64,000 bases of DNA from Ruditapes philippinarum (taxonomy: Eukaryota): positions 62,001 through 126,000 of the forward strand of contig NW_026855269.1 in assembly GCF_026571515.1 (NCBI RefSeq). The letters run 5' to 3'. Shown in pieces: positions 1-14,393 of the stretch. Position numbers and translations under genes: made by a program. Under the pieces are notes generated by a model. That model saw only the letters and a list, made by a program, of their open reading frames with translations. It ran no database searches and was not told the DNA's origin. How positions within the stretch are numbered: position 1 is the first letter of the stretch; each line of letters begins with the position of its first letter.

Positions 1-250
1 TAACAGCTATCTCACTTTTGTTCCAAATGAAAAGTGTTAATTATGGTAAAATGTGTACTTTTTGCAATTGTCAAGAGGAAACTCTGTTGCATTTATTTTG
101 GGAATGTCCAAAAATTCAATCTTTATTTCAATATCTGAAAGACAATATAGATAATTTTTATGACATTTTTAAATGTAAATCATTTATTTTAGGTCATGAG
201 GTAAATGATTATAAGTATGATATTTTGTATTTTAGAATGGAAAAGGAAAT
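1..250 (+). mobile_element. 3' fragment of a LINE (non-LTR retrotransposon) ORF2, zf-RVT-like zinc knuckle; interrupted at 251 and resuming at about 6431
   Basis: ORF 18..260 contains CTFC-x4-ETLLHLFWEC, the CxxC...HxxxxC motif typical of LINE ORF2 C-termini. The frame is cut exactly at the TIR starting at 251, and degenerate LINE-like sequence (YIYMRKK...PTF) resumes after 6430. Confidence 0.75.
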
Positions 251-369
251 TGAGCCGTGACATGACGTCAAAGTTGACGCAAATGTTTTTAATTATGCGA
301 CGCGTGTTTTTCCAATCAGAGCTGTGCAGTTTTTAAACAGTGCACACATCAGTTGTATGTAAGGAAAAA

Positions 370-1984
370 AAATCACCAAAATAAACATTTATTGATTTTT
401 GGGTCACTTGGTCAAACGTCAAGGTCGCAGAGACCTTTCATGTCAAAATGCTTTCCGCTGATTATTTTGAAAACTAGTCATCACAAAGTCTTCATATTTC
501 ACATAGTATTTGGTCATTACTAGTAAATGACGCCTATTGATTTTTGGGTCACTAGGTCAAAAGTCTAGGTCACAGTGGCCTTTAATGTCAAAATGGTCCG
601 CTCATTATCTTGAAAACTATTCATCATAAAGTCTTCATATTTCACACAGTGATTGGACATAACTAGTAGATGACACCTATTGCTTTTGGGTCTCTAGGTT
701 ATATGTCAAGGTCACAGGAGCCTTTAATGTCAAATGGTTTCCGCTGATTATCTTGAAAACTAATCATCATAAAGTCTTCATATGTCACATAGTGATTGAT
801 TATATATAGTAGATGACCCCTATTGATTTGGGGTCACTAGGTCAAAGGTCACAGGGGCCTTAAATGTCAAAATGGTTTCCGCTCATTATCGCGGTTACTA
901 TTTATCACAATCTCTTCATATTGGCATTTTAATTGGTCATTACTAGTAGATGATCCCTATTGATTTCGGAGTCACTAGGTCAAAGGTCAACGTCACAGGG
1001 GGCATAAATGTTAAAATGGTTTGGCTCATTATCTTATCACAAAGTCTTCTAATTTGGCCATAACTAGTAGATGACCCCTATTGACATTGGGGTCACTCGG
1101 TCAAAGGTCAAGGTCACAGAGGCATTGAATAGTTGTACGGTTTCGGCTCATTATCTTGAAAGCTAGTTATCACAAAGTTTTCATATTTCACATTGTGATT
1201 GGTCAGACCTTGTAGATAACCCCTATTGATTTTTGGGTCATTAGCTCAAAAGTCAAGGTCAAAGGGGCTTTAAATGTCAGATTAGTTTCAGCTAAATATA
1301 ATCTTGAAAACTATTTATTACAAATTCTTCATATTTCACATAGTATATGGTCTTAACTAGTAGATAACCCCTATTGATTTTGGGGTCATTAGTTCAAAGG
1401 TCAAGGTCACGGGGATCAATACTGCCAGAATGGTTTTCGCTTATTATCTTGAAAATTATTTATCACAAAGTCATATTTCACATATTGATTGGTCATAAAT
1501 ATAAGATCACCCCTATTGATTTGTGGTAACTAGGTCAAGGTCACAGGTGTCTTTAATGTCAGAATGATTTCCGCTCATTATCTTGAAAATAATTTATTAC
1601 AAAGTCTTCATATTTCACATTTTGAATAGCCATATATAGTAGATGACCCCTATTGATTTTTGGATCCCTAGTTCAAAGGTCAAGGTCACAGGGGCCTTAT
1701 ATGTAAATATGGTTTCTGCTTATTACCTTGAAAAATTTTATTATCACAAAGTCTTCATTTTTAAAATAGTAATTAGTCATAATGGGGCTACTAGTTCAAA
1801 GGTCAAGCTCTTTATATTTCACATATTGATTAGTTATAACTAGCAGGTCATTATAATTTTTTTTCCATAACTGAACACTTTCATGTAGACTACCCATTTA
1901 TGGCAAGTTTCTATAGCAAAATTACCAATAATATTTGTCAAGGGCTAGAAATGGGGGGCATGTGTCGTTCGACATTTCTTGTTT
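370..1984 (+). repeat. About 170-180-bp tandem satellite array within a Helentron-associated (HINE/DINE-like) element
   Basis: About 8 units containing gatgacccctattgattttggggtcactaggtcaaaggtcaaggtcaca. Ends with ggggggcatgtgtc...ttcttgttt, the palindrome-plus-T terminus typical of bivalve HINE-type elements. Confidence 0.75.
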
Positions 1985-2434
1985 CAATTTTTGTCTTTTT
2001 TTTCTTTTTATTTTGTCCGATTATAAACTTATATCTAAAAATTGTAATTAAAAATATTTGAAGTTTTATGTATATTTTTTACTGTGAAATGTGTGATTTG
2101 GAAAGCATAACGAATTAAAATGATTATAATTTAAAATCAGCATGGTAAACTTTCTTTATATATTTTACTCAAATGTTAAGGATAGTATCTAGATAATTAT
2201 TCTTTAAAGATATTTTGATGCCCCGATTATATTTGACAAAAACTGACGGGTTTCTTTACCCTACGCTCTTCTTATTTGATGTAAAATGTTAGGTACCTGT
2301 CTCCATAAACAAAATAAATCTTTTCATATACTTTTTACATTGATTTATTTGAAATTATTGAACAAACAACTATAGTTCTTTATTATCAATTTTCAAGTAA
2401 GGAAAATATGAAGTAAGTGAAAATTAACTACAGA

Positions 2435-2564
2435 NNNNNNNNNNNNNNNNNNNNNNNNNNNNNNNNNNNNNNNNNNNNNNNNNNNNNNNNNNNNNNNNNN
2501 NNNNNNNNNNNNNNNNNNNNNNNNNNNNNNNNNNNNNNNNNNNNNNNNNNNNNNNNNNNNNNNN
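2435..2564. other. Assembly gap (130 N)
   Basis: Run of n characters. Confidence 1.
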
Positions 2565-3261
2565 CGATACAAAAGTTGAACTTCAATTGTCAATATTTTT
2601 CAAACAAGATGGTAAACTTTTGTTGTTTTTTTTTGGCATTTATGTCTAGAATATTTTATAATATAATATAAGGTTTTAAACGCTTTTTGAAAAAATGTTA
2701 ATTATACATCTTATACCTTTATGTAAGTATAATAAGAAAGATATCACATCACATTGATATCATTGTTTTTATAACGGTCACTCCAAACAAGCGTATATAA
2801 TTGAGCGACAATTTTTAAGTGAAGTGGATGAATGCGTAAGATCACGGGGAAGGAATGGTTACACGACGGAACTCCGTGACAGTTATAATAAGAACTCAAA
2901 ACAAGTTATCATAAGAACCCCATCCTTCGTGTAACAGTTCCTCCAATTTGGTCCTGCTTTATTTGAAACTAAGGGGGAAAAAATTTCCTTCACGTTATAT
3001 CATTTAACATAATGCAAGCAACATGCCCCAAGATCCATATTCATTTTCGTAACAGTTAGGAAAATGTATATTAAAGTAAAATATTGTGAAGTGCACAAAG
3101 GAAGTAAATTACACATTGCATACGGCACTTAAAATCCACGTAAATTATCAAACAGATGTCAAAATATGCAAAATAGCCCCTACTGCATTAATGACGCAGT
3201 AGATATGTGGTGATATTTTATTTTGTCAATATTTTGCGTTGTTATTTTAGATGAACTCAGG

Positions 3262-3442
3262 CAAGTTGTTGTAATAGTTTATGCTAATAAGTGAAAGTCT
3301 GGGTTTTTATTTTGATGTACACTAACAAATCGTTTAAATAGTTTATGCTAATAAGTGAAAGTCTGGGTTTTTATTTAGATATACTCTAACAAGTCGTTGT
3401 AATAGTTTATTCTAATAAGTGAAAGTCTGGGTTTTTATTTCG
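3262..3442. repeat. Three-copy tandem repeat, about 65-bp unit
   Basis: aatagtttat(g/t)ctaataagtgaaagtctgggtttttattt occurs three times head-to-tail. Confidence 0.85.
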
Positions 3443-3590
3443 TGAGATAAAACCCATATCACTCAGAGTATAACACTAATGGCGTTGGGAGTAAAGCTTT
3501 GTCGGCTTACGTATTACTTAATGATTCCTTGTAAGTCCTAAAATGCATTGTGTATTTTGTTCTTTAAAGCATATTTCTTGACTCAAAGGC

Positions 3591-5478
3591 AACAAGAGTG
3601 AAGATGTGAACATGGCCATCCCCCGCCGAATGTGTTTGCTCATTGGAAGAATGTATTATAGTAGAGCAGAATAATTCAATGTTAAGAGGTCTGCTGGTAA
3701 TGAAAACTGATAGCTGAAGTGATTACAGATTTGAAGGCTGAATAAAAACCAAGGGCAACAACTGAAAATTAATGCAGGGTATATGCTGCACTCCTCAATG
3801 AGATCTATCCACTTATTAAGTTTCAAGTTGATACTTTATGAGATAAACTCCGGACAAAAAGTATGAAAAATAACAAAGGGCAATAACTAAAAATTATAAA
3901 GGGTAGAATTATCATTCTTGCGCACAACATCCCTCCTCAATAAGATAAATCCATCTATGAAGTTTCATGTTGACATCTCTAAGACGTTTTGAGTAAAGAT
4001 AAATCCATCTCTGAAGTTTCATGTTGACATCTTTTAGACGTTTTGAGTTATGCTCCACTCAGGTGAAAAATTAAGTATGAAAAATAACAAAAGGCATTAA
4101 CAAAAAATTATGAAGAATATAGTTATCATTCTTGTGCACTGCACACTTCCTGAGTGAGATATATCCACCTATAAAGTTTCATGTTGATATTTCAAAGGTT
4201 GTTTGAGTTATGCTCTGGACAAAAAGTAAGTTTGAAAAATAACAAAGGGCAATTATTCAAAAAATTATAAAGGGTAGAGTTATCATTTTTCGCACTGTAA
4301 TCCTCCTCAATATGATCTATCCACCTATGAAGTTTCAAGTTGATACGTAAAATACTTTTTGAGATTTGTTCCGGACAAAAATGTGGGACAGAAGGACGGC
4401 AAATGGACGGACGTACGGCTGGAAGGACGATCGGAGACTTAGTTATATTTTGAGTTTCAAGTGAATACTTTATATAGTAAATATAGTAAATACTTAATGA
4501 GTTATTGTCTGGACAAAAAATAAGCATGAACAATTACAAAGGGCAATAACTGAAAAAATATGCACGGTAGCGTTATCAAATGGACGTCCGTACGGATGAA
4601 ATGACGGTCGGACACTTAGTTATATTTTGAGTTTCAAGTGAAAACTTCATAAAGTAAATACTTAATGAGTTGTTGTCTGGCAAAAACTAAGCATGAAAAA
4701 TTACAAAGGGCAATAACTGAAAAAAATATGCACGTAGCGTTATCATTCTTGTGCGCTGCACTTCTCATTGGGATCTGTTAACCTATGAAGTTTCAAATTG
4801 ATACCTGTAATACTTTTTGAGATAAACTCCGGACAAAATATATAAAGGGTAGAGTTATCATTCTTGCGCACATCATTCCTCCTTAATAAGATCTATCCAC
4901 CTATGAAGTTTCATGTTGACATCTCAAAGATCTTTTGAGTTATGCTCCACTCAGGTGAAAAAAGTATGAATAATAACAAAGGGCAATTACTCAAAATTAT
5001 GAAGGGTACAGTTATCATTTTTGTGCACTGCACACCTCCTGATTGAGATATATCCACCTATGAAGTTTCATGTTGATATCTCTAAGGTTTCTTTAGTTAT
5101 GCTCTAGTCAAAACTTAAGTATAAAACATAACAAAGGCCAATAACTGACAAATAATGCAGGGTAGGTTATCATTCTTTTCTGCTGCACTCCTCCTTAATG
5201 AGATATATCCACCTATGAAGTTTTAAGTTGATACCTCTAATACTTCTTGAGATACGCTCGGACAAAAAGTATGAAAAATAAGGGCAATAACTCAAAAATT
5301 ATAAAGAGTAGAGTTATCATTCTTATGCACTGCACTCCTTCTTAATATGATCTATCCACATATGAAGTTTCAAGTAGATACCTCAAATACTTTTGAGTTA
5401 TGCTCCGGATAAAAATGTTGGACGGAAGGACGGACGGAGACTATTTCTATATCCCCCGCCACCTTTTCGGTGGGGATA
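3591..5478 (-). mobile_element. HINE-like element with an internal array of about 150-bp units and a ggac microsatellite
   Basis: Starts aacaagag...atccccc. Repeated unit aaagggcaataact...gttatcattctt...atctatccacctatgaagtttca(a/t)gttgata. Ends with ggacggaaggacggacgg and the hairpin atcccccgcc...ggtggggat. Confidence 0.7.
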
Positions 5479-7038
5479 GTAACTGCGATAAGAAATAAAC
5501 AATTTTCTCCACAATGATAACTCTAAACAAATAAATAAAATTTGTAGATACTTGATTTGCAAATTATAAGAGACTATACAGGTATGTTAACTATATCTAA
5601 AACTCCATTAGAAGAAAATATTTTCAATTCAAACAAATATTATACCGCTGTAAGAAAACCAACATGTTTCATATGTAAAATTGTCTCTAAAATTCAGGTC
5701 GATTTTTATGTTTCAGTGTTAGTCTACTCTGGTATGGTAATAAATCAAAATGTAACATCTAAAATCTAGACTGTACAAGCTTTAAAAATGGGGGTAACGG
5801 TATTTCGATATTTTTACATACCCTTGCCGACTTTGCGACACCGTAAAAACATAATTGCATGGTCGTGCATATATTTTAACGACACGTCATTTACGTTATA
5901 CAAACAGAATGTTGACAATCCTACGTTACACGGATACTGCGTGAGCTAGTGAAGAAAAGCCAAATATACCACCGCCACTTAGCGTATTTGCGTACTTATA
6001 TCTCTTTTTGTCCGACCGTGCAACAAGTCGTTACATGAACTTTAGATGGCTTAAAATTGATATGGTACTCTTGAACAAAGTTTGTGTAATAAAGTCATTA
6101 TAAAAAATGTGAGCTACCTTGTCCATAATTTCAGTATCAAATTTTGCATGCGTTTTGTGCACTAAAATACTTCTATACATGTAGGAGTATATGTCAAGAA
6201 AAACGATGATTCAGTTTAATCCGTGTGATGTAGCATTTTTGAATGAGGTCGTCTCTGACGCCAAAGAAAACGACGTCGCAAAGTATTTACAACTTAAACC
6301 AAGTTTTCATTGTCCAAAAATAATCAAATTTGTCTTGAATGATTTAGAAAATAATACATTTTGAGAATCTTTGAAAAAAAGTAAAATGTCAAATTTGACC
6401 ACTATGTTGGAAATGTCATGTCACGGCTCATATATATGAGAAAAAAATACATGTTACCTACATTTATTGGTTTTTAGAAACAGTCTTGAATTGGCGTGAA
6501 ATATTTACAAAAATACAATTTTGACCAAACATGTGGCTGAAGGATGGCACTTTAATTAACTAAATTGGGTATACTAAATTTATTTACCACAAACCAATTT
6601 TGAACAATATTGTTAATTTTTTGCATAATACATAATCATACACAATTGTTTTACATGTACTCATTATGTGAATATCGATTGAATGATTGAATATTTGAAT
6701 ATAATGTATATCACACTTTTTGTATTATTTTTATATTTATTTATGACTAGATGATGATTGTTATATTATGTATATATCATGTAAGGTATCAGGGGGATGA
6801 CCCCGACCCTCTCATACCTTTTCTATTAAGGGGCAAATAAACGGGGTTACCCAGTTGGCGCCTCAAAAAAAGTTATGTTGAATGAATATCTGTACATGAC
6901 CTCATTATAGGGCTATTAACGTGTTTTTAATAGTGCAGCTTACCATCGCAGTGATCAGATTACAAGTAGTATAATTTACATATGGAATTTCAGAGTTAAC
7001 ATTTTGTTTCATTTAATTTGACCAATAAAATATAGTGA

Positions 7039-8541
7039 TTTTATGCCCCCGAAAGGCGGCATATTAAAATCGCACCGTCCGTCTGTCAGTCTGTCTGTCT
7101 GTCCGTCTGTGCGTCCCAACTTCATTCTTATCCTGACTGTAACGTTGTCTTCCATTGAGAGATTTTGAAAAAGCTTAGCACAAATGTCTACAACATCAAG
7201 ACGATGTGTCGCGTCCAAGAATTAGGTCCTTACCTCAAAGGTCAAGGTCACACTAACATTTTGAAGTTTCACATTATCACAACTAAGGTTAATAGATACA
7301 CACATTCGTGACCGGACTGTAACTTTGTCATACATCAAAGGATTTTAAAATTACTAAGCATAAATGTTATCCACATCAAGACAATGTGTCGTATTAAAGA
7401 ATTACGTACCTACTTCAAAGGTCAAGGTCACACTAAGTTGCACATTTTCACAATTAGAGTTAATAGGTACACAAAACCGTGTCCTGGCTGTGACTTTGTC
7501 ATGCATCGATGGATGTTAAAATAACTTGGCATAAATGTCTACCATATCAAAATGATGTGGCGCGTCCAAGAATTACGTCCCTTCCTCAAAGGTCAAGGTC
7601 ACAATAACATTTTGATGTTTCACATTTTCACAATAAGAGTTAGTTTCACACATTTGTGTCCAGACTGTAGCTTTGTCATGAATGGAAGGATTTAATAATT
7701 ACTTGGCATAAATGTCTACGAAGTCAAAACAATGTGTCGCGTCTAAGAATCAGGTCCCTACCTCAAAGGTTTAGATCATAGATTATAGTTTGAATGTAAC
7801 CATTCTCTTGAGAAGATACACATTCATGTATGGACGACTGTAACTTTGTCATGCATGGAAGGATTTTTAAAGTAACTTAGCACAAATGTTTACCACATCA
7901 AAAACGATGTGTCGCGGCTACTGTCCGTCCGTACGTCCCCACTTACACAACAATCATGTCTAGACTGTAACTGTGTCATGCATTGAGGGATTTTGAAATA
8001 ACTTGGCACAAATTTCTCTCACATGACAACGTTGTGTTGTGTTTAAGAACCACGTTCCTTCTTCAAAGGTCAAGGTCACACTTATATTTTGAAGGTTCAC
8101 GCTATCACAATTAGATATTACACAGTACACACATTCGTGTCTGGACTGTAACTTTGTCATGATTTGAAGAGTTTTAAGATAACTTGGCACAAATGTCTAC
8201 CACATCAAGATGACGTGTTGTGTGTAAGACTCATGTTCCTAGCTCCAAGGTCAATGTCACTCAGATAGTTTGAAGGTACTTATGCTCATTAAAAGAGTTT
8301 GAAGGTACCCAGTAGATCCAAACTGTAAGATTGGCATGCACTAAAATCACTTGGCATTAATGTCTACCACATCAAGATGATGTGTCACATCCAAGACCCT
8401 TTTCCCAAGGTAAATAGCATTTCATTTCACAAGAACAATATAAAGCAATTAGTTACTTTTATTCTTTTTTCTATTCATAATCCCTGCATGCTTAAGAAAC
8501 CTATTCGGTGGCATTCGTTTCATGCTTGACAGCTCTTGTTT
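7039..8541 (+). mobile_element. HINE-like element with gtct/gtcc microsatellite and an array of about 180-bp units
   Basis: 5' end ttttatgcccccgaaaggcggcata (hairpin) followed by a (gtct)n tract. About 7 units contain tcaaaggtcaaggtcaca and gactgtaactttgtcatg. 3' end is ...gctcttgttt. Confidence 0.72.
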
Positions 8542-9199
8542 GGTCAAATATGAAAGAGGGCGTAGTCAATACTCATTATTATTCTGGGGACTACTTTCTC
8601 AGAGGTTGTTTCTTTGACAGTCAGTTGCTTCAGCTATTCATTTCATCATCATATGTCAAACACGAAAAATTTGTTTGTATTCTATATCATCAATCATAAA
8701 CTAAGTTGTACTACTTGACATAAATGTAATTCTTTCTTCACTGCTTTTTATATCTTTCTTTCTATTTTCTATCTTTTCGTTACTGATAGTTACATCCAGC
8801 ATCTTAATTTTGATCAGCCAACCTATGATCGGCTTATACCAATTTGTGCAACATTAGCTAATAACATTGTTTGCACTAATTTTTCACTTTCTGGCGATTC
8901 ATCAGATAATTTACACTGATTTTTTTTAATAGTTATATCTGTTACTGGTTTATTAGTTCCATATTAGAATATTATATATTTGCTTAGAATAACATCTTTG
9001 GCAAAGTTTAACCTAAACACCTTGCGAGCAAATGTACGTGTTCAGATGAAATAATTCTCCATTTCTGTGTCAGAACGTTGAACTTTTTACGACCACGTTG
9101 TCTTCATCTAAGCGCCTAAGCTGTTATTTTTTCAAGTTTACTCATGTCGGTGAAAGTATTTATTGTTGGCTTAGTACCAGTAATGATATATAGAATCTT

Positions 9200-9272
9200 C
9201 TGCACCAGTAAATTTGGAACATCGCCATATGACCACTATTATGTTGGTGCGATGTAAAACCTAACCAAACAA
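9200..9272 (+). mobile_element. 3' fragment of a mollusc SINE
   Basis: tcgccatatgacc...gttggtgcgatgtaaaacctaaccaaac matches the 3' end of the fuller copy at 36805-37072. Confidence 0.5.
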
Positions 9273-10369
9273 TATATTAAATGGTTAAAGCAGCAGCAAC
9301 AGCAGCAATTATTTAATTCTCAATGACACCTTTCTGCTATTTTCTCACCCATTTCCTAGTTTTGAATACATTGTCCATTTATTCGTGTTTCACAGTACGT
9401 TTGTTAAATGGCATCTGTTATCTTAATTACAAAGTTATATTATAAGAAACATTTCTACAAACAAATACTTACTTTATCGTTGAACTATAATATCTTTCCC
9501 CTGGTAACTAACATGTTTTCTTAATATACAGTATCAGCATATGCATTTGTATAATTATTTAAAAATAATATCATTGTTTAACATGGACAAGGAAACTAAA
9601 TTATGCGAGCCAAACATAACATCTTGATGCATAGCATTCTTTTTGAACCGGATTTAAATAATACTTTAACATATAATATAAAATCATTTACTTGTCAATG
9701 TTCACGCTAGATTACCGATTCAGATTTATTTTTTCATGTAATATTTAGGCGATAATTTGTAGCAAAGCATAAATACGCCATAAACAGACAGGATGTTTGC
9801 GTGAAAATAAGCGGGCATTTCACGCATGAAAATGAGATAAAATATTACAATAACTGGTGTGCATGTTATACTATGTTTGTATATTATTTTGAATGCTTAT
9901 AACCTTCTGTATATATAGTGGTATTGCAAAGGTATTAAGTAATTCATTTAAACATATCCGCTATATATTGTGACTATAAATGATCAAAATTTTATTAACA
10001 GAAAAATTAAAAAGAAAATAAAAAGCCATCGGGGACATGAATAATTAAATAGATTCCGAAGTTCCTGAAACCAATATCAATATTCATCATTTTGCTAAAA
10101 TTGCAAGCAAACCAGCTGCATAATAATTCTTACCTTGATATTTAAAAAGTTCCATTTTATTCAAAATATCACCACCTTTAATTTGACTTGGAAACAACAT
10201 TTATGTTTATTTATTTAAAAACTAATTACAACTGCCTTCATTAACAACAATAAATGTATCAGTGGAAAGACACATAATGTTATTGAAACAGCATCCCCTC
10301 ACCGCTTTAAATTTGTTCAAATCCTTTTAGTAGGGATTATAGATTATTTCATGCAAAGGAAATATCAAG

Positions 10370-10660
10370 CCCGGTTACGGCAGGTCGATGGTTTCTCTCA
10401 GGCGGCTACTCTCGCCATGCACAAATAGGCACCTGAGACCCACCACAACAGTACCCTTTAAGCTGGATAGTCACCGTATGACCTAAAATTTCTTTCATGT
10501 AAAGAAAGTATCAAACTCGCTTACGGTCGGACAGTTGTTTAGGCGGCTACTCTCGTCCAAATAGGCACCTGAGGCCTTCCCACAACAGTTCCCTTAAAGC
10601 TGGATAGTTTCCGTATGATCTTTTACTTTGTTGACTTAAAATCCAACAAAACAAACAACT
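10370..10660 (+). mobile_element. Two tandem SINE fragments
   Basis: aggcggctactctcg...aaataggcacctgag...aagctggatagt...cgtatga occurs twice. The second copy ends in an aacaaaacaaac tail. Confidence 0.55.
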
Positions 10661-12131
10661 AGGAAGACTTTCAAATAGAATTAAGATCCCAGTTCCATGT
10701 TAACCTTACTCTGTTGTTGCCAGACCATGCTCAGCTTTGGGTAATTTAAGAGACTAACAACTGTTAAAATAATATCATACGACTAAATAAAACAAGCATG
10801 TAAGCTAGTCAGTTGCTTTAACGAGGAACTTTTGATACTTAGTGCTTTCAACATTTACGAAGAAAAACGTAAAAATTATTCATTGTTGTGATTTCATGTA
10901 ACTACTCCTAGGAAATTGTTATGTACGTTTTCATGAACAACTTAAGGCTTATCAAACATGTTGTGTTTACTTGAAGTAGTCGCCCGAAGCTTTTCGTGAT
11001 ATTATTAAGATTTTTGTCTGACTTTCATGAATAAATTACATGTATATTGTGCATAGGTTGAAATGCATTTGAATGCGTTTTAATTTTCGGTAAACATTTG
11101 TTATCCAGCAGGTATCGTGCACTTCATTAAAAATCAAACAACAACTACCAACATTACAACTGGATGGCAAACAAAAATATATGACTGACAGTTGTAACAA
11201 CTTGCATGATATGCACTGTATGTAAATCAAAGACAAGCCGTGTTTTACGTTAATCGTATTTCTTGTTCACATAAAATAATATAAAAGCTTTATTTTGTTT
11301 ACATTTAAAACGCTCGTTGTAGCAAATGAACGATAAAACAAAGAAAAAAGTAACATATGCACATGCTTTTTTAAAGGTATGTTTATCTCATATAAAAGCA
11401 ATGTTTGATTGTTATAAATGTTGCCGATACATATTTAAAATTATACTTTTTTGGCATGTTCGGTGATTTGATTTTGAAAATGTTATTGTTAACTTTTAAA
11501 AAAAATTTATTGGCGTATATTTCACATTATGAATGTCTAAATAGGTCAAGAATATTTTTTTAATTTGTAAGTATTTAAATAGTAATAATCACACTAAAAT
11601 GTTGTGCAGAATTAAAGTGGATTCTTTTTCGCGCTTTTGTTAGTAAACCCTTACACAAACCTTGCCTCATATCTTATCCCAGTGCTGCTATATTTTTACT
11701 GGTCATTCAATGTAAATGATTTCAATCTTGTTGCTAATGAATAAATCTTTACCACGTATCATATTTCATTGTTGATTTCGAAACGATAAACACTAACTCT
11801 ACAAATTTAATATATCAATGTTATAGTAGTGTTTAACACAAATTACTTTTTTGTCTGATGTTTTGAGATGTAGCTCTCATGAGTTCTAAATAATGTACAT
11901 TAAATTTCACGAACAGTTCTATTCCTACCGTATTTGTATTATAAAGATAATTTTGATTGTCCTTCGTCGTTCATAATTTTAAAAAGATATGAACATTTCA
12001 TACATATTATCATGTTTTAGTGTGAAAATGTTTCAGTTTTGTTTCATCGCCATTTTAATCATACATTTAGTTACATATATATTTAACTGGTATTTGAAAT
12101 TATTATTTCTGTTTCAGATTTATTATTCAGA

Positions 12132-14393
12132 ATGAAGCTGTTGATATGTTTTGTTATTGGTGTTATTACAACAGTACAATATGGCAGCGCATGTACATGT
12201 AATCCTAACATCTCAATACAGGACAAAAATTGTAGATCAAACTTCTGTATGTATTAAAACTCATTTTACTTTGAAATTCAATTAACTTTATCAAATGTAA
12301 ATTGTAAAATGTCATGTCTATTAAAGCTGATAAAATGTATTGTTTGGTCGATTTTTTTATTTATCATTGTTGAATAATTCAACTAAATACAGTAGTAGTA
12401 TTATTATCTTTTATCTATTAAAAAAAGTTTTATATACGCGTTAGATGTTGAAAATTAATTGTTTCAGAAAACAGGTACGTTTGCAAATTAAATCAAAGAC
12501 AATGTCTTTTATTTTCTGTTTAAAAGGTTTAATAGCTATAGTTATATTTGCACATATATCGATCCTGAATTTGTATCAACATATGTGTATATGTTTGATA
12601 ACTTTCAATCCAAAAACTGATCATCAAATGTGTGGTAAAAACGGAAAATACAATGTTTTGATACAGTGGTTCTGGTAAAGGTGTTGAACAATGGTAATGT
12701 GTATGGTATGGACAGAGTCTATAAGATCAATTTGATCGCTACATTTAGATCAAATGTAAGTACATTCTTAAATTATATTCATGATTTTTAACATACAGAA
12801 AGTCCTGTGCTGATATCAGAAGTATTCCAATTGCATGTCTTGAAATTTGTTCCACTAAATATTAAAGTCACCTTATTACAAATTACTAGAAAACTGAGCA
12901 CTTTATATTGAAACAAAATATCTTCGGTAAATATAGCGTTGATCTGTCAATAAAATCTTTAGATTATTCATATACTACATTAAACTATTGTGAAGTAAAC
13001 CAAGTAAATGACCAAATGTATTGCTTTGCACCTGCCGGAAGGGATGGTGGTAAAACATATAGTTTGTAAAATATCGTAACTTTTAATATACAGATGCAAG
13101 GTGGTGTTGACGTCAGACACTTATACACTGCTACAGATGGTTCTGCCTGCGGCATCATTTTACAGAAAGGCTATTATTATGTCCTTACAGGTAAGTGGCA
13201 AATGTGACCATGCTTTTGGAAATTATCTTTAAGCTGTGCTTCACTCTCCCCAGCCCCAATCACCCTTGTAAGCATAGCAAAATGTTTCAACATACATGTA
13301 TTTAGCCTTGTCTGTTAAATATTCTAAGAATTAACATGAAATCGATTTTTGTTCGATTTATTTTTAGCCGGACATGAGATAAAACGTGTTTTAACCATTT
13401 TTATTTTTTAATCATTTTGCACAACAGAAATGATTTTCTGGAATAAAGCAGTTAGGTAATTATCTGAAACTTTGCACACGACTTATTGGTCCTTACTACA
13501 CACAAAAATGTGTCCAGTCCCGTAATGTAAAAAGAGTCAGTGGAATCCCTTATTTACAAAGGAGTAGCCAGAGAATAATTTTGTTATGGACAATGCTAAT
13601 GGCTCATAAAATGTAATATTAGTCCTTCACGTGGTTCTAAAATATCAAATCGTTATTGCATTTCAATATTTTATACACCGATTACTTGTTTCCACACTTA
13701 CAATTCTTATTTTCATTGTAGTACTAGTAATTGCAAATGATTTTTTATGGTTAAACAGGTTACTACCGCAAAAGCGGAAGAAGGCGACAAATGCGTACAG
13801 GACTTTGTGATTTCAGGAATCGATTCCGTTCCAATCCCCAAAGTGTTTACAAACCACCGAGGTGCTACTGTAAGTTTCAAACGAAATTACATTTTCTTGT
13901 AAAAAGAATTGTTGGTAAGATAAGAAGTGTGGTCGTCTCGATTGCAGTGTATCTGTAGGTCTGTACGTACAAATGGATATTTTAGTGTCAACAGACAATA
14001 CTTATACATAACAAGGCATCTAACATAGTTGAGCTTGGTGAAAGCATCAGAGATTACAATAGTTTTGGTAATTATCGGTGTATGAAATCGTTCGTTTGAA
14101 ATAACAAAAATGCTTAATTCTTGAAAAAGTGCTAAAATATCAATAAATGATTCGAACAAAAAAAAGCAGTACCACTTTAAAAGACGACAGTTGTCAGATT
14201 TTTTCTGACATATTTTACTTCAATAACAGTAGATAATACTGTTGCAATATCAAATTAGTATTCATAGTTATTCGTTGAAAAATTCATGTAGGAATGAACC
14301 CAAGTAATAGGGTGACACATGTACAAGTTATTTCATTAAAAATGAAAGATGCATTCTTTTACATTATATAAATTGTTTTCTTCTTTTTCAGGA
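12132..14393 (+). CDS. Secreted single-domain TIMP/NTR-like protein, type A copy 1 (137 aa). Exons 12132-12246, 12667-12755, 13094-13190, 13759-13869, 14392-14393
   Basis: Signal peptide MKLLICFVIGVITTVQYGSA, then CTCNPN...C-RSNF|LVLVKV...YKI...|LYTATDGSACGIILQKGYYYVLTG|...GLC...YKPPRCY*. Has the six-Cys pattern of the TIMP N-domain. All introns are GT-AG with matching phases, and aataaa lies at about 14443. Confidence 0.88.

Larger units (their letters stand above)
251..6430. mobile_element. Non-autonomous DNA transposon with 16-bp terminal inverted repeats, carrying nested insertions
   Basis: tgagccgtgacatgac (251-266) is the exact reverse complement of gtcatgtcacggctca (6415-6430), and LINE sequence flanks both sides. 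No transposase seen. An N gap lies inside, so continuity is not guaranteed. Confidence 0.65.

Noticed and set aside
2393-2671. ORFs spanning the N run
   Set aside because: Artefacts of translating the assembly gap.
4192-8190. ORFs 4192-4533, 7009-7218 and 7960-8190
   Set aside because: Translations of satellite and microsatellite units of HINE-like elements.
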